64,000 nucleotides of DNA from Octopus sinensis (Eukaryota): the NCBI RefSeq assembly GCF_006345805.1, contig NC_043020.1, positions 372,001 through 436,000 on the forward strand, in the 5' to 3' direction. Under the pieces are notes generated by a model. The model did not search any database, was not told the origin of the DNA, and saw only the letters and a program-made list of their open reading frames with translations. Positions 52,300 to 64,000 of the stretch are shown one piece after another. The position numbers and the translations under genes are program-made. Every line of letters starts with the position of its first letter. The stretch's first letter is position 1.

Positions 52300-53282
52300 T
52301 ACATTTGTTTGTACTCCACCTGCCTTCGTCTTTTGTGTATTTTCGTAAACCTTCCCGTTATAGATAGATAGATAGATAGAGATACTTATTTAGCAAGAAT
52401 TGAAACACTTGGTGATGTATGGAAATGATAAAATGATTATATCTATTCTGTTAAAATTAAGTTCCTTTCATCTTTTGTGGTGGATTAATACAATCACCCA
52501 ATGGCAGTTTTATATATATATACATACACTGTGACTAAAAATACTTAAGATGGTCATGTCTAGTACGCATTTGTTCATAGTTCTGCTTAATCAGAGCTAA
52601 CCTGGCACTAAGCGACAACAACTCGACACCACACACACTGGCATGCGCAACACGCGTGCCCCTTAGACAAATTATATCTAAATGAACAACAAGCTTGTTA
52701 TAAGGGTTTGAATTCAATACCATTGAGCAGTTGGTGGTCATGGCAATTGCATACTACAAGAGAAAAAAATCTAAATTTTTTACTTAATTAAAAGAGAGTA
52801 CATAGAATAGTATAAAGTGGTGAGTTGGCAGAACTATGAATCAGTAGCACATCCAACAAAATGCTTAGCAGTGTTTCTTCTGGTTCTTTACGTTCTGAGT
52901 TCAAATCCTGCTGAAGTCAGCTTTGTCTTTTGTTCTTTCAGGGTGAATAAAATCAAGTACCAGTCATGTACTGGGCTCACTGTTGTCAACTTGACCCCTC
53001 TCTTTGAAAATTGCTGACCTTCATCCCAGCAACAGACTGGTATGCCATTTAGGGGCAGTGTTGTGATTTCAGTCTCTTATATGCCATGGAGACTGGGTAA
53101 CCTGCCAAATGAGTCCTGACAGGTCTTGTGATGTGGGTGCTTGGTGACCTCATCAGTGCTCTGTGCAAAAGGGTGACCTCACCAGTGCTCTGTGCAAGGG
53201 GGTGAGTTTTTTAGTGATGTCAGAGCATTAAATAGTTCATCTCGCATAAACCACTTCCTTCACTACTACAGCACATAGAAAT

Positions 53283-53515
53283 CTGCGCGATTTCATCTCA
53301 ATCGAAGGAGAGGGGCTTTCTCCATCCAGGTTGTGGATCCGTGGAATAAGCTGCCGGACGAGATAGTGAAGATGCCGACGACCGCTCGGTTCAAAGTCTC
53401 CCTTGACCACAAATGGCCTGAACTCTTTGCATGAACACCACCCTGTACATAACTTCATGTCCCCCTACATGGCCTTGCTTTTTGCTTTTTGAGCCAAAAA
53501 ATTAACTTAACTTAA
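53283..53515 (+). pseudogene. 5'-truncated CR1/L2-group LINE 3' end
   Basis: 53288-53434 translates as RFHLNRRRGAFSIQVVDPWNKLPDEIVKMPTTARFKVSLDHKWPELFA* (FSxxVVxxWNxLP...FKxxLD motif). A short 3' UTR and a (TTAAC)n tail follow. Confidence 0.88.
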
Positions 53516-53765
53516 ATCAATTAGTACACTCTGCAAAGTGGTTGGTGTTAGGAAGGGCGTCCAGTTGTAGAAACCATTCCAAAGCAGACATTAGGACCTG
53601 GCACAACCTTCTGGGTTATCTGTTCACATCGAACCACTCAACCCATGCCAGCATGGGAAAAGGGATGTGAAATGATGATGAGGAATAATACAGGTCCTAA
53701 TATACACTAGATGGGTTAGTCATGACTGGAACGTATTTGATCGCAGGTCTGCTTGCTGAACTTGC

Positions 53766-53903
53766 CTGTACTGTTAATGGACTCTGCCTGCTGGTATAGT
53801 CTTTTTCCTGCTAGTACGTATAAGATACACATGCCCATTTGTAACATCCACTGACATTTCATGGTATAGCTGTTTGTCAGCCTTGTCCCATTCTGTGACA
53901 TAT
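53766..53903 (-). CDS. Weak candidate internal exon (138 nt, phase 1-1, GC donor), product unknown
   Basis: Acceptor TTATTTCCAGTTCTCCAG|, open frame xMSQNGTRLTNSYTMKCQWMLQMGMCILYVLAGKRLYQQAESINST, donor CAG|GCAAGT. No homology is recognised. Confidence 0.2.
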
Positions 53904-54967
53904 CTGGAGAACTGGAAATAAATGTAATGTGTGCGCATTACTTCAACCTGGAATCTTACCATATTGAGCAATTAATTTTCTTTCCATTTACTCTCATCAG
54001 TCTTGGAAATATTTATCTGTATGCATGTTGTTCCTACCTCCTCATTCAAACAGCGATCAATCACTACTTGAAGGCAATGTCCTACCATTACAAATTACGG
54101 TAAAATATCTATGTATAATGCACACACATTCACACACACAAACACATCTTCTCCCTCTCATGTGCACAACACACACTTACTCTCTCTCTCTCTCACTCAC
54201 ACATCCACACATATACATAAACATATGTATAGATATGCTGTGTATATCGGACCACGGTTTCATACACTTCAACTGGCTTAATTCATTTGTGTAAATCTTC
54301 ATTGAAAACAAACTGAATACATTCAGCAAAATACAGTTGTTGTTTTTGCTAAGATTCTCAAGTTTCCAATATCATCATGATAGAAGAAATGAACATTCTT
54401 ATAACAAGTCATTCCATTTTTAAAACCACATTATTTTCTCCAGAATGGTTTATTTCATGTCCATACATTTGCTCCTATTTTGTTCATTTTATTAATGAAT
54501 TTTTGTCATCTATACCATATTCTGGTTATCAGTATCTATGTTTGTATGTTGGTGCTGATAGCCTACAGAATATTTCTTAATGTGCTCTGTACAAGGGATT
54601 GAGGTTTTTAGTGATATCCGAGCATTAAATAGTTCATCTAGCATAAACCACTTCCCACAGTACTTACAGCACATCAATCAGGCTGGGGTTCTTGCAAGCT
54701 GATTGGCAACCCTCATTAGTGCTGGTGCCATGTAAAAAGCACCCAGTACACTCTGTAAAGTGGTTGGCATTAAGAAGGGTATCCAGCCCATTGAAAACAA
54801 ACCAAAACTGACACTGGAGCTAAACTCAGTCTGCTGATATGTCAGATCCTGTCAAATCACCCAACCCATGCTAGCAGGGAATATAAAGACAAAATGATGA
54901 TGATCTTTCCTTTGGTAGATCCTGTTTCCACATTACAGTTGCTCTGGATGAATGAGGACTATATACT

Positions 54968-55200
54968 GCGAGCTGGCAGAAATGTTAGCACGCCGGGCAA
55001 AATGCGGAGCTGTATTTCGTCTGCTTTCTGTATTCTGTATTTCTGAGTTCAAATTCTGCCGAGGTCGACTTTGCCTTTCATCCTTTCGGGGTCGATAAAT
55101 TAAATACCAGTTACGCACTGGGGTCGATGCAATCGACTTAATCCCTTTGTCTGTCCTTGTTTGTCCCCTCTGTGTTTGACCCCTTGTGGGCAGTAAAGAA
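54968..55200 (+). mobile_element. Family-B SINE
   Basis: Near-identical to 19567-19799, with ATATACT on both flanks. Confidence 0.9.
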
Positions 55201-55835
55201 ATATATATACTCTTGTGAGGGTAAAGCTAATGGCATTACTGCTGTTGCCACATTATTTTGCATCAAGTACACTCTGTAGAGTGGTTAACGATTGAGTTAT
55301 GACATCAGGTCAAGTGGACCCTTTAATCTTAGTTGAGAAAATAGCATGATAGCCTTTCTAGTGCTTGTGCACCCAGCACAGTTGGTAAAATGGTTGGTAT
55401 TTGGAAGAGCATTCAGGCCATAGAAACCAAACCAAAAGGAAGTGTGTTTTGTGTCCTCTAAGTTTAAAAAAAAATGGCTGTAGATGATAAGGAACAGAGG
55501 GACCATGTATGCTTCACACAAGAAATGGTAGGAGAAGCAGTATGAGAAAGAAGGAAAGAGTAGTGGAATGAGGAGAAGCAAGCAAAGTTGAGAGGGGAAA
55601 AATGAGGTGAGAAGAAAGTTGAAGAGTAAGAAAGGAGTTAATGAACTAAGAGGAGGTATAGGAGTAGAAGGATAAAAGATATTTATTTAAACCTTGTGGG
55701 GGGGGGCAAGGTTTAAAGTTCAAGTATGAAATGTTGTTTACATTGTTTTCTTCAAAATGCAGACCCTAAGTGAGTGGGGGGTGCAGTGGCTGGTAGTTGT
55801 TACAGTGAGGGGCAACAAGTTGTATGTGTGTGTCT

Positions 55836-56231
55836 ACTCTTTTACTTGTTTCAGTCATTTGACTGTGGCCATGCTGGAGCACCGCCTTCTAGTCGAATAA
55901 ATCGACCCCAGGACTTATTCTTTGTAAGCCTAGTACTTATTCTATCAGTCTCTTTTGCTGAACCGCTAAGTTATGGCGACGTAAACACACCACCATCGGT
56001 TGTCAAGCAATGCTGGGGGGGGGACAAACACAGACGCACAAACATATACACACATACATATATATACATATATACGACGGGCTTCTTCCAGTTTCCATCT
56101 ACCAAATCCACTCACAAGGCTTTGGTCGGCCCGAGGCTACAGTAGAAGACACTTGCCCAAAGTGCCACGCAGTGGGACTGAACCCGGAACCATGTGGTTG
56201 GTAAGCAAGCTACTTACCACACAGCCACTCC
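55836..56231 (-). mobile_element. Family-A SINE
   Basis: Reverse complement of 49601-49993. Confidence 0.9.
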
Positions 56232-56608
56232 TATATATGTATGTATTTTTGTATATATGTGTGGGTGTGTATATTTGGTGTATGTGAGGATGGGAATTGA
56301 CTCACACAGACATTGGTTTCTAATGTCTGACTTATAGATCTCAGCAAATCCGATTCTTAATCTTGTGTTTACACTTGGATTTCAAAGTCACAGAATATAG
56401 ATTAGTCTCGCTGAATGTTAACTGCCCTACTTAAATCCTGCTCCGATTCCTAGTCGCAGCTATTATACTTCATCCTATACTATACCACTATGAAAGTTGT
56501 GGGTGTTACTTGTTTCTACACCCTACCCCCTATTGCACACACATACACACACACAAACGTTTCCTCTAAACTGATACCTTTGTGCTTATATAATCATCTG
56601 ATATTCTG

Positions 56609-57210
56609 TTTACTCTTTTAATCTTTTACTTGTTTCAGTCATTTGACTGCAGCCATGCTGGAGCACCGCCTTTAATCGAGCAACTCGACCCTGGGACTTA
56701 TTCTTTTGTAAGCCCAGTACTTATTCTATCGGTCTCTTTTGCTGAACCGCTAAGTAACGGGGACATAAACACACCAGCATCGGTTGTCAAGCAAGGCTAG
56801 GGGGACAAACACAGACAGACAAACACACACACGCATATATATATATATACATATACATATATACGATGGGCTTCTTTCAGTTTCCGTCTACCAAATCCAC
56901 TCACAAGGCTTTGGTCGGCCCGAGGCTATAGTAGAAGACACTTGCCCAAGATGCCACGCAGTGGGAGTGAACCCGGAACCATGTGGTTGGTTAGCAAGCT
57001 ACTTACCACACAGCCACTCCTGCACCTATATATCTATATACATATACATATATACGACGGGCTTCTTTCAGTTTCCGTCTACCAAATCCACTCACAAGGC
57101 TTTGGTCGGCCCGAGGCTATAGTAGAAGACACTTGCCCAAGGTGCCACGCAGTGGGACTGAACCTGGAACGAAGTGGTTGGTAAACAAGCTACTTACCAC
57201 ACAGCCACTC
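56609..57210 (-). mobile_element. Family-A SINE with tandemly duplicated head (191-bp offset)
   Basis: The ACGA(T/C)GGGCTTCTTTCAG...CCACACAGCCACTC block occurs at 56863 and again at 57054. Confidence 0.9.
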
Positions 57211-57588
57211 AACACAAAATTTATTGTTTCAAACACAAGAGACAGTTATAGACATTATTTACCTTAATAAGTTTAAAGAGTAGGAAATTCATATAACAAC
57301 ACACTGTAGAACATATGGATTAATTCATTCTCTCTGTGTGTATATATTTCCAGCCGTGCTATGGAACGATTTCAAGATTATAACCCCTCGGGACAACACA
57401 GAGGTGGCCAAATGATCACATATTTGACCTACTTAAGTCCCGTTCTTTCATTTTTGTTAGAATCGTGTTTGCTCTCTCAATCAAACTGTTTATACATCAT
57501 CAATCAATGTTCACAATAAATCAGCTATTGTTGTATGTGTGTAAATAAGAGTACAAGCAAACTTACACATTCTCCATTGAGCGTACGC

Positions 57589-57641
<53 letters not shown>

Positions 57642-57748
57642 GCACCAAAACAATTTTGAGGTTATAACCTCTGAGAGAGAATATGCAAATCTGAAGACAG
57701 GATGAGACTTAAGTCAAAACTGCAATTCTTTATGAGTTAAATCTTTTA

Positions 57749-58105
57749 TCATGGTTCCTGGTTCAGTCCCACTGCGTGACACCTTGGGCAAGTGTCTTCT
57801 ACTATAGCCCCGGGCCGACCAATGCCTTGTGAGTGGATTTGGTAGACGGAAACTGAAAGAAGCCTGTCGTATATATGTATGTATGTGTATGTTTGTGTGT
57901 CTGTGTTTGTCTCCCTAGCATTGCTTGACAACCGATGCTGGTGTGTTTATGTCCCCGTCACTTAGCGGTTCGGCAAAAGAGACCGATAGAATAAGTACTG
58001 GGCTTACAAAGAATAAGTCCCGGGGTCGATTTGCTCGACTAAAGGCGGTGCTCCAGCATGGCTGCAGCCAAATGACTGAAACAAGTAAAAAAGAAAGAGA
58101 AAGAG
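57749..58105 (+). mobile_element. Family-A SINE, slightly 5'-truncated
   Basis: Matches 49601-49993 from the B box onward. Confidence 0.9.
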
Positions 58106-58184
58106 TACTGCGGCTATGTTAGGGCACCACTTTTTAGCCACGCAAATCAGCTCCAGTACAGTTATATATATGTATGTATGTTTT

Positions 58185-58349
58185 CCTCTCCTTGTTTCTC
58201 TCCTTGTTTTTTTCTGTGTCCCTTTCTGTAGAAGAGCGTAGGCTCGAAACGTAAAGGACTTTTTCTATTCCTGAGTGTTATACTAATACATCTGTTTGTT
58301 TTGTACACCACCTGTCTTCGTCTTTTGTTTTTTTTCATAAACTCTCCCT
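58185..58349 (+). mobile_element. ~160-bp element with hammerhead-like motif, copy 3
   Basis: 58218-58259 reads GTCCCTTT-CTGTAGA-A-GAGC-GTAG-GCTC-GAAAC-GTA-AAGGAC, flanked by TA/TATG repeats. Confidence 0.68.
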
Positions 58350-59101
58350 ATGTATGTATGTATGTATTTATGTATGGGGTGGGGTTTACTTGTTTTTGTT
58401 AATGCTGTTTGGCAAACTGCTAAGTTGTAGGTAGGTAAGCAAACCAACATCAATTGTCAAGCAACGCTGGAGGAACAAGCACACACACACACATATTTGA
58501 CAAGCTTCCACTGAGTTTCCATCTATCAAATTCACTCACATGGCATTGGTCTGCCCAGGACTGTAGTAGAAGACATGACACTTACCCGAGGTGCCGTACA
58601 GTGTATTTGAACCCAAAACCACAAAGTTGCAAAGCAAGCTTTTAAATCACACATCCATGCCTCCACTGAGGTATGTTCTTCGTATGCTGTCTCGAGGTTA
58701 TCACATCAGAATCGTTTCAAGGCAAGAACAGCAGCAAATTCTTCTTCAGATTTAAATATATATTATTAACTATCAACTGCCAAAGTCATATTTCATGCTA
58801 AAACAATTAGATCACAACTATATATATATCTGCCAGGTACAAATTACTTATCAATATTTAATGCTTTTTTTCTTTTCCTATTGTATATTAATGTGAGATG
58901 TAAAGAGACGACACTGGAATGTATGTATATTTTCAATATATATTCCATCATCACCTACATTAAAGAGCAAAGTGCCTTCATTATGGTGATGATAATAATA
59001 AAAAGATGTATAACTGGTGTTCTAGTAAATCGTCTTCTGCTTACACTGCAGTTATCTCTGTTACATGTTTTTAGTTGCTTAAATTTTTTTTTAAATGTAT
59101 A

Positions 59102-59264
59102 GGCACAGAGGTGGCTGTGTGGTAAGTAGCTTGCTTACGAACCACTTGGTCATGGGTTCAGTCCCACCGTGTGGCACCTTGGACAAGTGTTTTCTACTAT
59201 AGCCTCGGGCTGATCAAAGCCTTGTGAGTGAATTTGGTAGACGGAAACTTGAAGAAGCCCGTCG

Positions 59265-59296
<32 letters not shown>

Positions 59297-59530
59297 CATG
59301 CGTGTGCATGTTTGTCTGTGTTGTCAAGCGATGTTTGTCCCTCCAACATCGCTTGACGGCCGATGCTGGTGTGTTTATGTCCCCATAACTTGGCAGTTTG
59401 GCAGGGGATACCGATAGAATAAGTACTAGGTTTACAAAGAATAAACTCTGAGGTCAATTTGCTGGACTAAAGGCGGTGCTCCAGCATGGCCAGAGTCAAA
59501 TGACTGAAACTAGTAAAGAAAATAAAAAGA
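59102..59530 (+). mobile_element. Family-A SINE
   Basis: Head GTGGCTGTGTGGTAAGTAGC through tail GACTGAAACTAGTAAAG. Confidence 0.88.
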
Positions 59531-60050
59531 ACGTTTGGTCGTAAGAATTGTTGTTTAATCCCTTGTCAGCCACGATTGACCCTTGCTATGATTAAAGTGA
59601 TTCCATTTATGACCATCCCAACTTCTCTCAAGTATCTTACATCTTGGACCTAATTTATTAACTTCAGCCTTATTGAAATTCTACAGGGGAACTGAATTTA
59701 TGTTTAGAATGACATTGTGGGGTAGGTTGAAAAGGCTGGATCTGGTCAGTTTGAGCATAAAACAGGTTAACTCTTTTGGCTGGTTTAAATACTAAAGGGC
59801 TAAAGACGATAAAGTATAAATTGAAGGTGATTTGGTTGCTTTATAATGTAAGTCTTAAACAAAAAACCTGTTTTGTTTAGTATTTTAAAATAGTGAAGGA
59901 ATGGTTGAATTATTTGAACTTAGTACTTGATTAAAATCTCTCTCTCACAGGTATAAACAGTTCACCTGACGAAGCTTTTTTTTTTGTAAAGTCAGAACTG
60001 CAAAACCCTGACTACATAGATGTATAGCAACTAATCATTTTCTTTTTCTT

Positions 60051-60959
60051 TCACCGTCATCATCATCATCATTAGTCATCATCACCACCATCATTATCAC
60101 CACAACCACCACCATCATCATTGTCATCATCATCATCATCATCATTAGTCATCATCACCACAACCACCACCACCACCATCATCATTGTCATCATCATCAT
60201 CATCACCACCATTATTATCACCACAACCACCACCATCATCATTGTCATCATCATCATCATCACCACCATTATTATCACCACAACCACCACCACCACCATC
60301 ATCATTGTCATCATCACAACTATTATTATCACCACCACCACCACCACCACCACCATCATCATTGTCATCATCATCATCATGATCATTAGTCATCATCACC
60401 ACTGCCATTATTATCACCACAACCACCATCATCATTGTCATCATCATCATCATGATCATTAGTCATCACCACCACCATTATTATCACCACAACCACCACC
60501 ACCACCACCATCATCATTGTCATCATCACAACTATTATTATCACCACCACCACCACCACCACCATCATCATTGTCATCATCATCATCATCATGATCATTA
60601 GTCATCATCACCACTGCCATTATTATCACCACAACCACCATCATCATTGTCATCATCATCATCATCATCATCATTAGTCATCACCACCACCATTATTATC
60701 ACCACAACCACCACCACCATCATCATTGTCATCATCATCATCATCACCACCATTATTATCACCACCACCACCACCACCACCACCATCATCATTGTCATCA
60801 TCATCATCATTAGTCATCATCACCACTGCCATTATTATCACCACCACCACCATCATCATTGTCATCATCATCATCATCACTAGTCATCATCACCACCATC
60901 ATTATCACCACCACCACCACCATCATCATTGTCATTATCTTCATCATCATCATCATCAC
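60051..60959. repeat. Compound CAT/CAC/TAT minisatellite (~60-75-bp units) with a 212-bp higher-order duplication
   Basis: Units follow (CAT)n-[TAGT]-CAC...CATTATTAT-CACCACAAC-(CAC)n-CATCATCATTGT. Markers recur at 60321/60533 and 60381/60593. Confidence 0.93.
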
Positions 60960-61390
60960 TTGCTCCATCTACCGAAGAACAAAACAATTATGCGGCAGTT
61001 CAGACAGGTGAATTAAAATTTTATAAGCGATAATTTGATGTCAACATGAATAATTTCTACAGATTCTTCGGCATAAAACCGCTAACTGGAACTAAGATCT
61101 TATGAAGAAGATATCAATATGTGAAGCTGGGCGGATCCATCGAGTCAGTGTTTGCCTCAAACAACAATCAATACGCCATCAATACTGTATCAATGAGACC
61201 GATCTATTGAACTAAAATATCAGGTCAAGGTAATTGAAACTGGTGATAATCTAGAACCTGTTGGAGCTAGCATCCACCATATCTCCGTGTTTGTTATAAC
61301 AACGATTTCTTTTAAGACGACAAAGAGTCAATTTTGCCAGAAAATTTGAAGCCAATTATATGCAGCTTAGTATATTTTCTCTTTCTTTAA

Positions 61391-61608
61391 ACCTTTCATT
61401 AACAACCTGGCCAAAACCGACTCTGGCTCTGCAGTATAAATGTCTTGTTTTCATTAGTTTTTCATTAAAATCTTCCACCAAAACCTCAGTCACAATTTAT
61501 GTTCCTAACACTAGCTTAATGATAACTAAGTTATTTTACTAAATTCTTTGTTATATTTAAAATAATTGAAAGAAATTTTGAGCATCTCAAAATAAATACA
61601 GTAACAAA
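61391..61608 (+). mobile_element. Degenerate TTAA MITE family 1
   Basis: The internal sequence matches 25576-25796 and the TIRs are eroded. Confidence 0.78.
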
Positions 61609-61915
61609 ATCATGGATAAAATACAAAGCAGGAGTATATAGCTGATCAGTAATGATTAAATTAGATTTATTAAGGGTTACCCTTAGATTGACTGGTGAGC
61701 TTATGTTTACAGTGAAATGAAGCATTGGTGTGGATATAAAGTGGCAAAGTGGAATAATCACCTCTGCACAATCAATGTTTTTGCTGTAAATCCTGCTGGC
61801 CATATTATATCGGTTTATGTGTATTTGACCACTAACAAGAGAATCTCTTTGTGTTAGCTCACCCTGCTAGACATGGCAACCAAATCACCTTCAATTTATA
61901 TTTTATTGTCTTTAA

Positions 61916-62470
61916 CCCTTTAGCATTTAAACCAGCCATATCTAGCCAAGAGAGTCAACCTGTTTTATGTTTAAACTGACCAGATCCAGGCTTTTCAACC
62001 TACCCTGCAATGTCATTCTAAACATAAACAGTCACATCATCAAAATCTCAAAGCTACAAGATCATGCATGATTAATTCCAAACAATGAGAATAAATAAGC
62101 ATTTTATTTGAACTGACCTTCATACTCCTCTGATTTAATGATTGATAAGGAGACTGACATGCTGCCTCCGCACTACCAAGGCCACTAGGGACCGAGATAT
62201 CTGGTGCCTTGCTGTATTCAAGAAGACCCATCTGCCACAACAGAATTGGTGCTGGTGCCACATAAAAAGCACCCAATATTCTCTATGGAATGGTTGGTTT
62301 TAAAAAGGGCATCCAGCCATAAAAACCAAACCAGAACAGACAATGGAGCCTGGAGTGGGGCCCTTCTCCCCCTGGCTTTACCAGCTCTGGTCAAACTGTC
62401 CAACCCATGCCAGCATGGAAAATGAACATTGATAATGATGATATGGCAGAGTAATCTGAACACTAAAGGG
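61916..62470 (+). mobile_element. TTAA MITE family 2 interrupted by an RTE 3' end (~62114-62444)
   Basis: TTAA|CCCTTTAGCATTT at left and TCTGAACACTAAAGGG|TTAA at right. The insert has RDRDIWCLAVFKKTH (RTE-like DRxxW) upstream of the common (GAT)-tailed sequence. Confidence 0.8.
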
Positions 62471-62717
62471 TTAAAAAAAAACCCAGAGAGATATATTGGG
62501 TGGTATAGTTCTAGAAGCATCATGTTTGGAAGAAAGAAAAAAAAAGGGTTAGATGGTTACAGCTGGAATACCTTTGATCATAGGATATGATCAATGCTGA
62601 TCTATGTCCAAACAATAACATCACCATTTTGACACTCAATACTCTTGCTATTTTTTGAAATTTTAGTATTTCTATCAACTACACAGTTTGTGTGTGATAT
62701 GTTCAACAATTTGATTT

Positions 62718-62980
62718 GAAATATATTCAACATTCTGTTGTGTCTGGGGAGAGTCATTCTCTTTTAGTGCCTTATTATTTAACACACTCACCAGTAAAAT
62801 TTCCTCTTATTTCTTATTTTTATTTTCTAAAATTTTTGTTGCGTCTTGCAACCGTTTCAATAGTCTTGACTCTTAAGGCACTAAAAGAGAATGACTCTCC
62901 CCAGACACACCAGAATATGCTTCAACACACAAACTCATATAAAGAATCTTGCAAACCAAATCCAAAAACGAAATATTCAA
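62718..62980. mobile_element. Palindromic (fold-back) interspersed repeat, copy 2
   Basis: Arms 62732-62774 and 62874-62916 are 42/43 complementary. The sequence is shared with 38130-38340. Confidence 0.78.
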
Positions 62981-63022
62981 CATTCTTTTGTTTTTTGTCC
63001 TTTGCCATGTAGGAAAGGAATG

Positions 63023-63270
63023 GTAGCATATATAACCCTTTATTTTCTTCAGGGCCTCCAGAATGGGGGAGAAGAAGTCATTCTCAAATCAGAGCCCTAA
63101 CCCATGTGAACATAATCTCTGTTAAAACCACCTAAAAAGTAATGGTGTAGCATATATAACCCTTTATTTTCTTCAAGGCCTCCAGAATGGTTGAGAAGAA
63201 GTCATTCTCAAATCAGAGCCCTAACCCATGTGAACATAATCTCTGTTAAAACCACCTAAAAAGTAATGGT
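63023..63270. repeat. 124-bp tandem duplication (2 near-identical copies)
   Basis: GTAGCATATATAACCC...CCTAAAAAGTAATGGT at 63023-63146 and 63147-63270. Confidence 0.95.
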
Positions 63271-64000
63271 TGTTGATGTTAAACTAGGGACAGATTATTT
63301 CTGCCATTCTATCTGTTGTTCATTTTTATGCTTTTGTGTTAATCATCAAGAGATTTTATTTGATTTTCAATTTATTTGAGTTTTATTTGGTTTTCAAGAA
63401 TCAAAATAAAGTACATAAGGAGAGTTTTGTAATATGGACATGTACAAACTGAATGAGAGTGTCACTGCTTTCAATTTTGTTGACATCATTAGAATTTATA
63501 AACTTCAAAAGAACATAGAATAATTTTTGGGGACTATTGGAACTTGAAACCGATAACTGGCACTCTATCGGTTATGATGACAAGAATTCCAGTTGATCCA
63601 GTCAGTGGAGCAGCCTGCTCTTGAAATTAAGGTGCATGTGGCTGAGCACTCCAGTAGTATTAAGTATTTCTCAGCATTGAGATATGCTTCTCCACTGTTG
63701 TTGGTAATAGTTAGATCAGTAGAACCATTGAGACAAGGAGACAGAAAGAGTCAAGTGTCTTAGAACATGCAATTATTAAAATCAGATGTGGCTGTGTGGT
63801 TATGAAGTTTGCTTCCCAAACATGATCTTCAGGTTCAGTTTCACTCTGTAGCACCTTGGGAAACTGCCTTTATAGCCCCAGGCTGACCAAAGCCTTGTGA
63901 CAGTAACCAAAGAAACCTGTTCCATGCGTGTGTTTATGTTTCCTAGTTTCAACATTGCATGATTGTTGAAAATGAGTCCCATTCATTTCCAGTATTCCAC

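Noticed and set aside
61110-61196. Cluster of ATCAAT (Onecut-like) motifs; also AP-1/MARE-like motifs at ~39022-39045 and a YY1-like motif at ~23169
   Set aside because: Short motifs in AT-rich DNA cannot be called regulatory without conservation or chromatin data.

Overview
This is repeat-dominated eukaryotic non-coding DNA, intronic or intergenic. The SINE families and extreme microsatellite density look like an octopus (coleoid cephalopod) genome, but that is recognition from memory, not a database match. No intact protein-coding gene is supported: the long ORFs are simple-repeat artefacts and most short ones come from SINEs. The window holds a 4.5-kb GG(T/C)T satellite with a ~1.15-kb higher-order duplication, compound minisatellites, and four tRNA-derived SINE families (my labels A, B, D, E). 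It also has many RTE-type 3' ends with (GAT)n tails, two TTAA/piggyBac-like MITE families, a Merlin-like MITE carrying TTAGGG repeats, and a non-autonomous Helitron. Translatable fossils of RTE, R4/Dong and CR1-type LINEs and of Tc1 and mariner transposases are present. Best leads: (1) a ~160-bp element in TA microsatellites (3 copies) with a Penelope-type minimal hammerhead-like motif and a non-canonical core; (2) a GC-rich RTE fragment resembling parasitic-flatworm RTEs; (3) the telomere-repeat MITE; (4) a palindromic fold-back family; (5) nested inverted SINE pairs; (6) a weak GC-donor exon candidate. Coordinates were read by eye, and ends of degenerate elements are approximate.
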